Shown: positions 49,211-59,072, numbered from the stretch's first letter. The stretch is DNA of 64,000 nt from an uncultured bacterium (GCA_963695095.1 CAVOFT010000001.1:2208001-2272000), one strand, 5' to 3'. Numbers and translations: made by a program. Notes: generated by a model not told the origin, from the letters alone.

Positions 49211-51819
49211 GGCGCCTGCCCGCCGGCGCCGCCCCCGGTGATCGCCGACTCCCGCAGCGCTTCATCGAGAAGTCCGAGGCGCTCGCTCATCGCGGCGCTG
49301 TCCGGATGCCGCTTGACGAAGGCCGCCACCTGCTCGCGCAGAGCGCGCAGATTGGCGGTCGAGGGGAAGTAGCTGACCACGTAGTCGATGAGCGAGAGAT
49401 AGGCCGGCTCGTAGTCGGCGTTGAGGCGAATGACTTCACCCAGGGCCTGCACCACGCGCTGGCGATCCTCGGCGGCCTCGGCAGCCTGAGCGTAGCGCGC
49501 CCAGAGCTGCCAGTTCCCCGGCTCCCGCTCGAGGTACTTCTCGTAAGTGCGCATGGCCCGTTCGGGCTCGCCGTTCTTCGTGTAGAGGTAGCCCAGGTAG
49601 AGGACGACGGGGCCCAGGTCCTCGCGGATCAAGCTCGCCATCTCCATCGCACGGGCCGCCATGGCGGGATCGGGGCCGCCGGTGGCGTCGGCGCGGTCCA
49701 GCTCGATGGCCAGGCGACTCCAGGCCGCCGCGTAGTTCTGGATGAGGTGCGAGATCGTGGTGTCCTTGTAGAAGCTGGGCAGCGTCAGCGCGGGATCGTC
49801 CGGCGGCGGCACCCGGTCCACGATGGAGGGCCCGCCGAGGGACTCCTGCCAGGCGCCGCCGCGGCTCGAGCGCCCCTCGGTGAGCACGCCGCGCCACTCG
49901 AAGACGTGCTCGAGGTTCTGCCTGAGCTTGGGCAGGTCGACCTGCTCGACGCCCTCGGTGAGGGTCATCCGGTAGACCATGCCCTCCATCATCAAGTAGG
50001 GCAGGAAGGGCACCAGCGTCTCGCGCGGAATGGTGACCGCGAAGTAGAAGGGAAGCTTGCCCCAGCCCTGCTTCTGCGCGTTGATGAAGAGGTGGTTGAT
50101 CACCTCGTCGCGCGGCTGCATGATGCGGCCATCGTCGAGGCGATAGTAGTGAGTCTGCACTTCCTCGAGCTCCGCATCCCGCCAGGTGATGGGCAGGCGC
50201 GGCGTGAGATCGCGAAGCTGCCGCATGTACCAGGCCGTGTTGAGCAGGCTCAGGTTGACGACGCGGATGTCCTTGCGGAAGCCCTCCACTTCCTGGATGT
50301 ACCAGAGCGGAAAGGTGTCGTTGTCCCCGTTGGTGAAGACGACGGCGTTCTTCTCCAGGGGTGCGAGCATGTTGTAGGCGTAGTCACGGGCGATGAGGTT
50401 CTCGCTGCGGTCGTGCGTGCGCCAGTGCTGCGCCAGCGGCCCGCAGGCCGCCACCAGCAGGATTCCCGCGACCAGGTAGGCCCAGAGCTGGCGCTTGCGC
50501 TCGCGGCGCAGCGCTTCGATGAGGCCGGCCGCGCCCAGGCCGATGAAGATGGCCAGATAGTAGAAGCCGTTGGCGTAGAAGTAGTCGCGCTCCCGCGGCT
50601 CGTCGCTGGCGAAGTTGAGGAAGAGGACGAGGCCGATCGTGTTGATGAGGAGAATCGTGAAGAGCGCCGCCCAGTGCCGCTTCTCGCGCAGCCACTGGAT
50701 GGCGATGCCGAGGATGCCCAGGCCCAGCGGGATGGCCGTCAGCGCGCGCCCGAGGTGGAAGTTGAAGGGCCCCACCGGCAGGCTGGCCTCGCCCGGCATG
50801 CGGAACTGCGCGCCCAGGTAGCGGAAGAAGTGCGCGAACTGCCAGCCGATGTCCGCTTTGCGATCCGTGGGCAACTGGAAAGGGTACTGCTCGCGCTTGA
50901 GCACTGCCCAGAGCCGGTCCCAGCTCGAGGGATCCGCCTCGTTGATCATCGGGTTCTGCCCGGCGCGGATGTAGAGGAACAGGTGCACGCTCAGGCCGAG
51001 GGCGAACAGGGCCATGCTGTACAGCACGAAGGGCCGCTGACCGCGACCGCCCTGCGCGACGGGCAGCGCCAGCCACACCCCGGCACCCAGGATGGCCACC
51101 AGGCCCATTACCGTCACCGCGTCGGGCACGTGCAGAACCGTGCTGCCGAGGAAGAGCGCCAGCACGCCCCCCACCAGCCAGAGGTCCAGATTGGAGAAGC
51201 TCTTCTTGGGGATCATCAGGGCGAGCACGAAGAAGCCCGGGAAGACCAGCATCGTGCCCAGGTGAAAGCCCACGGCCAGGCTGAGCAGGTAGAGGATCAG
51301 GTAGACCAGCGCGTTGCCCCGCGGCCGGTCGGCGTGCTCGGCCCAGTCCAGGCTGAGCCACAGGACGAAGCCCATCAGGAAGGCGCTGAGCGCGTAGACC
51401 TCTGCCTCGATGGCGTTGAACCAGAAGGTGTCGCTGAAGGCGATGAAGAGGGCGCCGACGAGGCCGCTCACCGCCCGCACCCACACCGGCGGCGCTTGGC
51501 CGCCCTCGCGCCAGGCGGCCGTCACCCGCAGCGTGAGCAGGTAGACGAAGAGCGCGGCCAGTGCGGCGAAGAAGGCGCTCATGAAGTTGATGCGCTGAGC
51601 GACGCTCTCGCCCAGGGGCGCCAGGCCCGCGAGGCGGGCCACCAGGACGTACATCGGCGTCGCCGGTGGGTGGGGAATGCCCAGACTCCAGCCGCAGGCG
51701 ATGAATTCGCCGCAGTCCCAGAAGTTCAGCGTGGGCGAGAGCGTGAGGGCGTAGACCACGAGGGGCAGGACGAAGGCCACCGCCCCGGCAGCCATCAAGA
51801 GGGGGTTTCGCTTGAGCAT
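49207..51819 (-). CDS. DUF2723/TMEM260-like GT-C protein with C-terminal TPRs
   Basis: FWDCGEFI, HPPATP, FWFNAIEAEVY, PRERDY, TNGDNDTFPLWY.QEVEG.R; TPR-like tail. Confidence 0.88.
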   Translation of the reverse strand: MLKRNPLLMAAGAVAFVLPLVVYALTLSPTLNFWDCGEFIACGWSLGIPHPPATPMYVLVARLAGLAPLGESVAQRINFMSAFFAALAALFVYLLTLRVTAAWREGGQAPPVWVRAVSGLVGALFIAFSDTFWFNAIEAEVYALSAFLMGFVLWLSLDWAEHADRPRGNALVYLILYLLSLAVGFHLGTMLVFPGFFVLALMIPKKSFSNLDLWLVGGVLALFLGSTVLHVPDAVTVMGLVAILGAGVWLALPVAQGGRGQRPFVLYSMALFALGLSVHLFLYIRAGQNPMINEADPSSWDRLWAVLKREQYPFQLPTDRKADIGWQFAHFFRYLGAQFRMPGEASLPVGPFNFHLGRALTAIPLGLGILGIAIQWLREKRHWAALFTILLINTIGLVLFLNFASDEPRERDYFYANGFYYLAIFIGLGAAGLIEALRRERKRQLWAYLVAGILLVAACGPLAQHWRTHDRSENLIARDYAYNMLAPLEKNAVVFTNGDNDTFPLWYIQEVEGFRKDIRVVNLSLLNTAWYMRQLRDLTPRLPITWRDAELEEVQTHYYRLDDGRIMQPRDEVINHLFINAQKQGWGKLPFYFAVTIPRETLVPFLPYLMMEGMVYRMTLTEGVEQVDLPKLRQNLEHVFEWRGVLTEGRSSRGGAWQESLGGPSIVDRVPPPDDPALTLPSFYKDTTISHLIQNYAAAWSRLAIELDRADATGGPDPAMAARAMEMASLIREDLGPVVLYLGYLYTKNGEPERAMRTYEKYLEREPGNWQLWARYAQAAEAAEDRQRVVQALGEVIRLNADYEPAYLSLIDYVVSYFPSTANLRALREQVAAFVKRHPDSAAMSERLGLLDEALRESAITGGGAGGQAP

Positions 51820-51900
51820 CGAGATCCCGCGCGACAGTAAAGGACTATGATATCAAGACATATGGCAGCATCCTGCCCGAAAGTTCCCCCCGGCGCAACC
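51820..51900 (-). promoter_or_regulatory. Probable promoter region of the glycan operon
   Basis: AT-rich intergenic segment (GGAACTTT...CCATATGTCTTGATATCATAG); sigma type not assignable. Confidence 0.4.
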
Positions 51901-51926
51901 GTTTCGTTGGCTCGCCCCGCTCGCGG

Positions 51927-52973
51927 TCAAGCGCCTGTGCCAGCGCGGCTTGCGGGCGCCCCCCGCGGCGGCGCCTGCTCGCGCCGACGCCGCAGGAAGA
52001 GCAGGCCGCCCAGCAGGCTCACGGCGAGCATGAGCAGGTAGGCGACCAGCTCGATGGCGACAGCCGCCTCGCCGCTCACGCCCAGCGGCGCGAAGAGCGG
52101 CAGGGCCAGCCCCTCGCGCAGGCCGAAGCCGCCCAGGGTGATCGGCAGCGTGAGCGCGAAGGCCAGGGGCGGCACGACGAGGAAGTAGCCGGCGAGGGAG
52201 GGATTGCTCGGACCGAGCAGGGCCCAGCCGACCGCGTAGTGCACGGCCACCCGCAGGGACTGCACGATCAAGGAGAGGGCGAAGAGCCTGAGCAGCAGGC
52301 CGCGCTGCGCGCGCAGCAGGCGCAGCTGCTCGAGGGCCCGCGCGCGCAGGCCGCCCGGCGGCCAGAGGCCGAAGCGCTGGCCCAGGCGGTAGAGCAGGCG
52401 CGGCAGGGGATCGATGTAGATGAGCGCGCTCAGGAGCAGGAAGAGCGCGCCCCCCAGGAGGATCCCCTGCGCCAGCGGCCGCAGGCTCGGGTCCGGCCAG
52501 AGTCCCCAGGCGGCCAGCATGGCCAGGGCGGCCAGGGCGGACAGGCCGGTCAGGCGATCCGCCAGCGTGGCAGCGGCCGCGGCCATCGGGTCGCGCGTCC
52601 GGCGGCCGAGGTCGAGCACCTTGACCAGATCGCCCCCCACGCTGCCCGGCATGAAGTTGTTGAAGAAGAGGCCCACCCAGTAGAGCGCAGTGAGCTCGCC
52701 CGGCGCGAGGCGAATGCCGAGCGCACCCAGGAAGCGGCCCCACTGCCAGGCCCCCAGCACCACGCTGAGGGCGAAGATGGCCAGGCCGGCGGCGACCGGC
52801 GCCAGGCGGGCCTGGCCGAGCAGGGCCAGCGCTCGGCCCGGCGAGATGCGCGCCAGCAGCAGCGCGACCAGGGTCAAGGTGACCAGGAGCTTGAGCAGGG
52901 TGATCAGGCGGCGCCGCCTCGCGGACCCTGCGCCCGATCCGGGCGGGTTCGGCGCCGTCCGGCCGCCCCTCAT
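51927..52973 (-). CDS. Lysylphosphatidylglycerol-synthase-TM (UPF0104/AglD2-like) putative flippase
   Basis: FFNNFMPGSVGGD, DRLTGL, LPITLGGFGLRE. Confidence 0.88.
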   Translation of the reverse strand: MRGGRTAPNPPGSGAGSARRRRLITLLKLLVTLTLVALLLARISPGRALALLGQARLAPVAAGLAIFALSVVLGAWQWGRFLGALGIRLAPGELTALYWVGLFFNNFMPGSVGGDLVKVLDLGRRTRDPMAAAAATLADRLTGLSALAALAMLAAWGLWPDPSLRPLAQGILLGGALFLLLSALIYIDPLPRLLYRLGQRFGLWPPGGLRARALEQLRLLRAQRGLLLRLFALSLIVQSLRVAVHYAVGWALLGPSNPSLAGYFLVVPPLAFALTLPITLGGFGLREGLALPLFAPLGVSGEAAVAIELVAYLLMLAVSLLGGLLFLRRRREQAPPRGAPASRAGTGA

Positions 52974-54184
52974 GAGGCGCGATCCTCGACCGAGCGCTGC
53001 CGCGCGGCCCGGGACCGACCGGCGGGCCCGCCGTCGCCCGCTTCGGCCACGAGAGCGTGCAGGAGCGACTCCGCGTCGTCGGCGGCCGCGTCCCAGCTGA
53101 AGCTGCGGGCGCGCTCCGCCGCCCGCGCGCCCATCGCCTCGCGGCGGGCGGGGTCGGCGAGCAGCGAGAGCGCGGCGGCGGCCATCGCCGCCGTGTCGCC
53201 ATAGGGGACGAGGAGACCCGTGACGCCGTCCGCCACCGAGTCGCGCAGGCCGGGCGAGTCGGCGGCCACGCAGGGCAGGCCGCAGGCGGCGGCCTCGATC
53301 ACGGTGAGGCCCCAGCCCTCCTTGGGACTCGCATTGAGAAAGAGGTGGCAGCGGTGGAGGAGCTCCACCATTTCACCCAGGGGCAGATGGCCGTGGAAGC
53401 GCAGCGCATCCTCCAGCCCCAGGCGCCTGGCCAGGCGCTCCAGGGCCGGCCGCTCGGGTCCCCCACCCACGATGTCCAGGCTGGCCGCGGGCAGCTCGCT
53501 GCGGATGCGGGCGAAGGCCTCGATGACCAGATGCGTGCCCTTGTAGCGGCGCAGGCGGCCGAGGTGGACGAGGCGCGGCGCCGCATCGCGCGGCGGCGGC
53601 GCCGCGAGGCGGTAGGGCTCGGCGTCGAAGCCGCAGAAGCTGACGCTGATGCGCTCCGGATCCAGACCGCGGCCGACGAGATCGGCCTTCGTGCTGGGGC
53701 TGATCGCCAGCACGCGACTCGCCCGGTAGACGCGCGGGATCAGGCGCTCCGGCAGATAGACGGCCAGGCCCGTCAGCCAGTCCGTCTCGCGCCAGATGGT
53801 GGCGCCGAACAGGTGCGGCACCACGAGCAGGTGGGGCAGGGGCAGGAGAGCGGGCAGGAAGAAGGGGATCTTGTTGACGTCCTCGATCACGACGTCGAAG
53901 GCCTCGCGACGCGCCAGGCGGCGGGCCAGCCGCGCGAGCGCCCAGTTGGCCGTCAGCGGCCCCCCTGCGCGCAGCACGCGCAGGCCGCCGTAGCGGGCCT
54001 CGCGGGCCGCTCCGCGCCAGGCGGCCGCGAGCAGGGTGACCGCGTGGCCCCTCGCGGCCAGGCGCTCGAGGATCTCGTGCAGATGCGTCTCGGCGCCGCC
54101 GGCCTCGGGGTTTTCCCGGTCCCGCCAGTTGACCGCCAGGATCCGCAGGCGCCGCGCGGCGGCCGGCTTCGGGCCCGCGTTCAC
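52970..54184 (-). CDS. Glycosyltransferase family 4
   Basis: NWRD..NPEAGGAE, GRLRRYKG, EGWGLTVIEA. Confidence 0.9.
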   Translation of the reverse strand: MNAGPKPAAARRLRILAVNWRDRENPEAGGAETHLHEILERLAARGHAVTLLAAAWRGAAREARYGGLRVLRAGGPLTANWALARLARRLARREAFDVVIEDVNKIPFFLPALLPLPHLLVVPHLFGATIWRETDWLTGLAVYLPERLIPRVYRASRVLAISPSTKADLVGRGLDPERISVSFCGFDAEPYRLAAPPPRDAAPRLVHLGRLRRYKGTHLVIEAFARIRSELPAASLDIVGGGPERPALERLARRLGLEDALRFHGHLPLGEMVELLHRCHLFLNASPKEGWGLTVIEAAACGLPCVAADSPGLRDSVADGVTGLLVPYGDTAAMAAAALSLLADPARREAMGARAAERARSFSWDAAADDAESLLHALVAEAGDGGPAGRSRAARQRSVEDRAS

Positions 54185-54984
54185 GGCGCGGGCGCGCCCG
54201 GCGCCGGACGCCGGGCGACGCAGCCGATCACCATCGCCGTGTAGTGGCCGGCGCGACGGTAGCGCGCCCAGCGCTTGGCGGCATTGGCGAGCTGGCCGAG
54301 CAGGGGAAAGGGCGGCGGGTGCATGGGCAGGGCGAGGCCGAGCCGGGCCAGCCCCCGGCGCAGCGCGCGGTAGGCGAGGCCGGGCTCGGGCCAGGCGCCG
54401 TAGGTGGCAACGAGGCGAAAGCCCTGCGCCTGGAGCAGGCCTTCGAGTTCGCGCGCGCTGAAGGCGCACTCCCAGCCCGCGAACCAGCGATCCATGGCGA
54501 TGAGCAGGCGCTTCGCCGGCGTGTAGAGGTGCCACCTCTGGGGCACGTCGACGAGCAGGAGGCCGCCCGGCGCGAGCACGCGGAAGTTCTCCGCCAGCAG
54601 GGGCCGGGGATCGCGGAAGTGCTCGAGCAGTCCCTGGTGGAAGACGGCATCGAAGCTGCCGTCGGCGAAGGGCAGGGCGAGAGCGTCCCCCCGCAGCAGG
54701 GTCAGGGCGCCCGTCCCGGCAGGCGCGGCGGCCAGGGCCCGCGCGCTGGCGGCCAGCGCCGCCTCGGAGTAGTCCAGCACCGTCACGCGGGCGCCGCAGG
54801 CGGCCAGGCGCAGGGAGTCGCGTCCGCTGCCGGCGCCCACCTCGAGCACGCGGGGCGCGCCCGGAGCCAGGTGGCGCAGGAGCTCCGCGTGCACCGCCCC
54901 CACGGCCTCGTAGACCGCCTCCACCGGCTGGGCGCCCCAGAAGCGATCCCAGTGCTCGCGCCTGCTCTCGCGCCGCGGGCTCAT
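54181..54984 (-). CDS. Class I SAM-dependent methyltransferase
   Basis: VLEVGAGSG, LDYS, GDALALPFADGSFD, LEHF, LAPGG. Confidence 0.9.
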   Translation of the reverse strand: MSPRRESRREHWDRFWGAQPVEAVYEAVGAVHAELLRHLAPGAPRVLEVGAGSGRDSLRLAACGARVTVLDYSEAALAASARALAAAPAGTGALTLLRGDALALPFADGSFDAVFHQGLLEHFRDPRPLLAENFRVLAPGGLLLVDVPQRWHLYTPAKRLLIAMDRWFAGWECAFSARELEGLLQAQGFRLVATYGAWPEPGLAYRALRRGLARLGLALPMHPPPFPLLGQLANAAKRWARYRRAGHYTAMVIGCVARRPAPGAPAP

Positions 54985-55415
54985 GCGGCCGGCCCCTCCA
55001 CCTGCTCGCCGGGGCGCTCGGCGGCCAGCAGGGCCGCGAGCAGGCCGTTGGCGAAGCCCGCGGCCTCTTCGCTGTCGTACTTGCGCGCCAGTTCCACGGC
55101 CTCGTTGAGGATGACCCGCGCCGGCAGCTCCGGCGCGCGCCGCGATTCGGCCAGGGCCAGGCGGAGGACGAGGCGCAGGAGCAGGCTCAGCCGGCCGAGA
55201 TCCCAGTGCTGCAGGCGCGCGGCGATAGCGGCGTCGAGCTGCGCCGCGTCCGCGCGCACCCAGGCGACGAGCTCGCCCGCATAGCCCAGGGTGTCCGCCG
55301 CGCTCCCGCGGCGGTCGGCCTGGTCGCGGAGCACCGCGGCGGGGTCCTTGCCCGGCGCTTCCAGCTCGTAGAGGCTCTGGAGGGCCAGCTCTCTCGCCTT
55401 GTGCCGTCTACCCAT
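54981..55415 (-). CDS. nusB: Transcription antitermination factor NusB
   Basis: RHKARELALQSLY, VILNEAVELARKY, FANGLL; directly after ribH. Confidence 0.93.
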   Translation of the reverse strand: MGRRHKARELALQSLYELEAPGKDPAAVLRDQADRRGSAADTLGYAGELVAWVRADAAQLDAAIAARLQHWDLGRLSLLLRLVLRLALAESRRAPELPARVILNEAVELARKYDSEEAAGFANGLLAALLAAERPGEQVEGPAA

Positions 55416-55416
55416 C

Positions 55417-55881
55417 CTAGGCGCTGAGGCGCCGGCGCAGATCGGCCAGCTCGATGGCGGCCAGGGCGGCATCCCAGCCCTTGTTGCCGCTCTTGCTGCC
55501 CGCGCGCTCGATGGCCTGCTCGAGGGTATCGGTGGTCAGCACGCCGAAGATGGTGGGCACGCCGCTGGCCAGGCCCACCTGGGCGATGCCCTTGGCCGCC
55601 TCGGCGGCGATGTACTCGAAGTGCGGCGTGCCGCCGCGGATCACCGCGCCCAGGCAGATCACCGCGTCGTAGCGGCCAGACTCCACGGCCAGCTTCGCCA
55701 CGAAGGGCAGCTCGAAGCTGCCGGGCACGCGGATCTCGGTGAGCGAGGCGGCATCCGCGCCGTGCCTCAGGAGGCAGTCGCGGGCGCCGGCCACGAGCTT
55801 GTCCACGAGGAATTCGTTGAAGCGGCTGACGACGAGCGCCACGCGCAGGCCCTTGGCGTCCAGTTGCCCTTCCAGGATCAC
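55417..55881 (-). CDS. ribH: 6,7-dimethyl-8-ribityllumazine synthase
   Basis: [29 protein letters not shown]. Confidence 0.98.
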   Translation of the reverse strand: MILEGQLDAKGLRVALVVSRFNEFLVDKLVAGARDCLLRHGADAASLTEIRVPGSFELPFVAKLAVESGRYDAVICLGAVIRGGTPHFEYIAAEAAKGIAQVGLASGVPTIFGVLTTDTLEQAIERAGSKSGNKGWDAALAAIELADLRRRLSA

Positions 55882-55986
55882 GGCCCTACCTCCTGTTCCG
55901 GGGCCAGGGTCTGCGCCCGGGCCGCCGTTCGCAAGTGATTTGTGCGCGGGCGCTGCGTTCAGCGCCCGCGGCCAGCCCCTGTCGGC

Positions 55987-57192
55987 TCAGATCAGATCCA
56001 GCAGGTGGCCGAGCTTTTCCTTCTTCGCGGCCAGATAGCGCCGATTCTCGCCCCGCGGGGCGACCTCCAGAGGCAGGCGCTCGATGATCTCCAGGCCGTA
56101 GGCCTCCAGCCCCACGATCTTGCGCGGGTTGTTCGTGAGCAGGCGGATGCGCGCCAGGCCGAGCTCGGCCAGGATCTGCGCGCCGATGCCGTAGTCGCGC
56201 AGGTCCGCCTTGAAGCCGAGGTGGTGGTTGGCCTCCACGGTATCCATGCCCTGCTCCTGAAGTCGATAGGCCCGCAGCTTGTTGGCAAGGCCGATGCCGC
56301 GCCCCTCCTGCGTCATGTAGAGGAAGACACCGTGGCCGTGCGCCTCGATGGCGGCCAGGGCCTGGTCGCGCTGCTCGCCGCAGTCGCAGCGGCGGCTGCC
56401 GAGCACGTCGCCCGTGAAGCACTGGCTGTGCACGCGCACCAGCGTGTCGGGCGCCGCGGCGGGGTCGCCCTTGACGAGGGCGGCGTGCTGGCTTTCGTCG
56501 ACGAGGCTCTCGAAGAGGATGAGCCGGAAGTCGCCGAGCTTCGTGGGCAGCGCCACTTCCACGACCTTGCGCACGAGGCGCTCGCGGCTGTGGCGGTAGG
56601 CGATCAGCTCCTCGATCGTGATCAGCACGAGTCCGTGCTCGCGGCTGAAGCGCTCCAGGTCCGGCCGGCGGGCCATGCTGCCGTCGGCGCTCAGGATCTC
56701 GCAGAGCATGCCCACGGGCCTCAGGCCCGCCAGGCGCGCGAGATCCACCGCGGCCTCGGTGTGCCCGGCCCGGCGCAGGACGCCGCCCCCGACCGCGGCC
56801 AGGGGGAAGATGTGCCCTGGCCGCGCGAGATCGGCGGCCACGGTTCCGGGATCGGCGAGCAGGCGCACCGTGAGCGCGCGATCGCTCGCGCTGATGCCCG
56901 TCGAAGCGCCCTCGCGGGCATCGACGCTCACCGTGAAGGGCGTGTGCATCAGGGCCGTGTTGTTCTCGACCATCGCGTGCAGGTCGAGGCGCTCCAGGAG
57001 CGCGGCTTCGGCCGGAGCGCAGATCAGCCCGCGGCCGTGGGTGGCGAAGAAGTTCACGGCGCCCGCAGTCACCTTCTCGGCGGCCATGATGAGGTCGCCC
57101 TCGTTCTCGCGATCCTCGTCGTCGACGACGACGACCATGCCGCCGGCGGCGATTGCCTGGATGGCCTGCTCGATGCGACTGAAGTCCCGCAT
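55987..57192 (-). CDS. ribBA: Bifunctional DHBP synthase / GTP cyclohydrolase II
   Basis: DDEDRENEGD, RAGHTEA, RVHSQCFTGD..GS.RCDC, QEGRGIG, LLTNNPRK. Confidence 0.98.
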   Translation of the reverse strand: MRDFSRIEQAIQAIAAGGMVVVVDDEDRENEGDLIMAAEKVTAGAVNFFATHGRGLICAPAEAALLERLDLHAMVENNTALMHTPFTVSVDAREGASTGISASDRALTVRLLADPGTVAADLARPGHIFPLAAVGGGVLRRAGHTEAAVDLARLAGLRPVGMLCEILSADGSMARRPDLERFSREHGLVLITIEELIAYRHSRERLVRKVVEVALPTKLGDFRLILFESLVDESQHAALVKGDPAAAPDTLVRVHSQCFTGDVLGSRRCDCGEQRDQALAAIEAHGHGVFLYMTQEGRGIGLANKLRAYRLQEQGMDTVEANHHLGFKADLRDYGIGAQILAELGLARIRLLTNNPRKIVGLEAYGLEIIERLPLEVAPRGENRRYLAAKKEKLGHLLDLI

Positions 57193-57217
57193 GTCCGCTC
57201 CTTCGCGCGCGCCGCGC

Positions 57218-57874
57218 CTAGTCCCGCTTGCCGAGGAAGCCCTGCTGCATCAGCAGGGCGAGCAAGCGCCCGTCGCCGCCCTCGCCGCGGGCCAGGTAGC
57301 GCTGGACGTACTTGCCCAATAGATCCGTCTCGATGTTGACCTCGTCGCCCGCCGCCAGCGCCCCGAGCGTGGTGGCCGCCAGGGTGTGGGGAATCAGGTA
57401 GATCTCGCACTCGCCGTCCTCGATCTCGGGGCCGACGGTGAGCGAGACGCCGTCCACGGCCACGCTCCCCTTGGGCACGAGCAGCTCGGCGAGCTCGGGC
57501 TCCAGGCGCAGGCGCAGGGTCGTCCAGCCGGGCTCGGGGGTGAGGGCGAGCACCGCGGCCACGCCGTCCACGTGGCCGCTGACGAAGTGCCCGCCCAGGC
57601 GGCTGGTCGGCGTCAGCGCCCGCTCCAGGTTGACGGCGTCGCCCGGCTTGAGGCGGCCCAGCGTCGTCACGCGCAGGGTCTCCCCCATGGCGAAAACGCG
57701 GAAGCGTTCGCCGGCCAGGGCGGTCACCGTCTGACAGGCGCCGGCCAGGTTCACCGAGTCGCCGACCGCGAGCCCCGCTGCCACCTGCGGCGCGGCGATC
57801 TCGAAGTCGCGGCCACCACCTGCCGCCGCGGCGAGCACGACGCGTCCGATCTCCTCGACGATGCCCGTGAACAT
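57218..57874 (-). CDS. ribE: Riboflavin synthase (alpha)
   Basis: MFTGIVE, VNLERA, GGHFVSGHVD, KGSVAVDGVSLT, IPHT. Confidence 0.97.
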   Translation of the reverse strand: MFTGIVEEIGRVVLAAAAGGGRDFEIAAPQVAAGLAVGDSVNLAGACQTVTALAGERFRVFAMGETLRVTTLGRLKPGDAVNLERALTPTSRLGGHFVSGHVDGVAAVLALTPEPGWTTLRLRLEPELAELLVPKGSVAVDGVSLTVGPEIEDGECEIYLIPHTLAATTLGALAAGDEVNIETDLLGKYVQRYLARGEGGDGRLLALLMQQGFLGKRD

Positions 57875-57894
57875 GCCTGCTCCTGGCCGGGGCG

Positions 57895-59025
57895 CTAGGC
57901 GGCGCCCGCCGGCGGGGTGAGAGTGATCTGCAAGTCCTCGCCGATGCGGCGCAGGCGCTCGACGCGCAGGCCGCGCTCCTCGGCCAGCTCGGTCCAGACG
58001 GGCCGCCCGTCCGCGGCGAGCAGCCGCGGCGCGACGAAGAGCTCCCAGCGCTGCCAGAGCCCGGCCGCGAGGAAGCTGCTCAGCAGCCGGCCGCCGCCCT
58101 CGACGAGCAGGCTCGCGATCTCCTCCTCGCGCGCCAGCAGGTCCAGGGCCGCCGCGAGGTCCACGCCGCCCGTCATGCCCCGCGGCAGTCGGCGCAGCAC
58201 CCAGCCCTTGCCCACGCTCGCGGCGGCGCCATCGGGCAGCAGCAGCAGGGGGGCGCGCTCCGGGTAGGCAAGATCGGCCGGCGTGCGCGGGGGATCGCCA
58301 TCGAAGATGATGGGCCGCGGCGCCGGGCCCGCCGCTTCCGCCGCCGGCAGCAGGCGCAGGTCCAGGCGCGGCCGATCCAGGCGCGCCGTTTCGCCGCCCA
58401 CGGCCACGGCCATCGCTGCCGCTCGCAGGCGATGGCCTTCGCGGCGCGCGGCCTCGCCCGTGATCCACTGCGACCCGCCATCGGCTCTCGCCAGGAGGCC
58501 GTTCAGGCTGATCGCGCTCTTGAGGGTGACGTAGGGCCGTCCCGTGCGCTGCCGGTGCACGTAGGCGGGGTTCTGCGCGGCGGCCTCGGCGGCCAGCAGG
58601 CCGCCCTCCACGGCGAGACCGGCCGCGGCCAGCAGGCGATGGCTGGCGCCCCGCTCGCCGGGGTTGGGATCCTCGAGAGCGTAGACGACCCGAGCGATGC
58701 CGGCGCCAAGGATCGCCTCCGTGCAGGGCGGCGTGCGGCCCTGCCGGTGGCAGGGTTCGAGGCTCACGTAGAGCGTAGCGCCCCGGGGGTCCTCGCTGGC
58801 GGCGGCCAGGGCCTCGCGTTCGGCATGGGGGCCGCCGAGGGCCCGGTGCCAACCCTCTCCGATCGCGCGGCCGTCCTTGACGAGCAGGGCCCCCACCTGC
58901 GGATTGGGCGCCACGGCACGGCCCCCGCGCGCGGCCAGCTCCAGACAGCGCAGGAGCCAGCGGCGGTCCTCGTCCTGCTGCGAAGCGGCGGGCCTTCGCT
59001 CGTCGGCGGGCGGGCTGGCGCTCAC
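57895..59025 (-). CDS. ribD: Riboflavin deaminase/reductase RibD
   Basis: PNPQVG, HAE, LEPC...TPPC, SQWITG, LVEGGG. Confidence 0.95.
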   Translation of the reverse strand: MSASPPADERRPAASQQDEDRRWLLRCLELAARGGRAVAPNPQVGALLVKDGRAIGEGWHRALGGPHAEREALAAASEDPRGATLYVSLEPCHRQGRTPPCTEAILGAGIARVVYALEDPNPGERGASHRLLAAAGLAVEGGLLAAEAAAQNPAYVHRQRTGRPYVTLKSAISLNGLLARADGGSQWITGEAARREGHRLRAAAMAVAVGGETARLDRPRLDLRLLPAAEAAGPAPRPIIFDGDPPRTPADLAYPERAPLLLLPDGAAASVGKGWVLRRLPRGMTGGVDLAAALDLLAREEEIASLLVEGGGRLLSSFLAAGLWQRWELFVAPRLLAADGRPVWTELAEERGLRVERLRRIGEDLQITLTPPAGAA

Positions 59026-59048
59026 ATTCCTCTCCCGGGCCCGGGCAC

Positions 59049-59072
59049 AAAAAAACCGAGGCGCAACCTCGG
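59049..59072 (-). terminator. Intrinsic terminator (riboswitch expression platform)
   Basis: CCGAGG-TTGCG-CCTCGG hairpin followed by T7; its 5' arm (GCCCCGAGG) is complementary to the aptamer 5' segment CTTCGGGGC, giving an antiterminator. Confidence 0.85.

Noticed and set aside
51845..51890. ECF sigma (GGAACTT...GTCT) promoter call
   Set aside because: Spacing between the elements is ~21 nt, too long; kept only as a generic promoter region.
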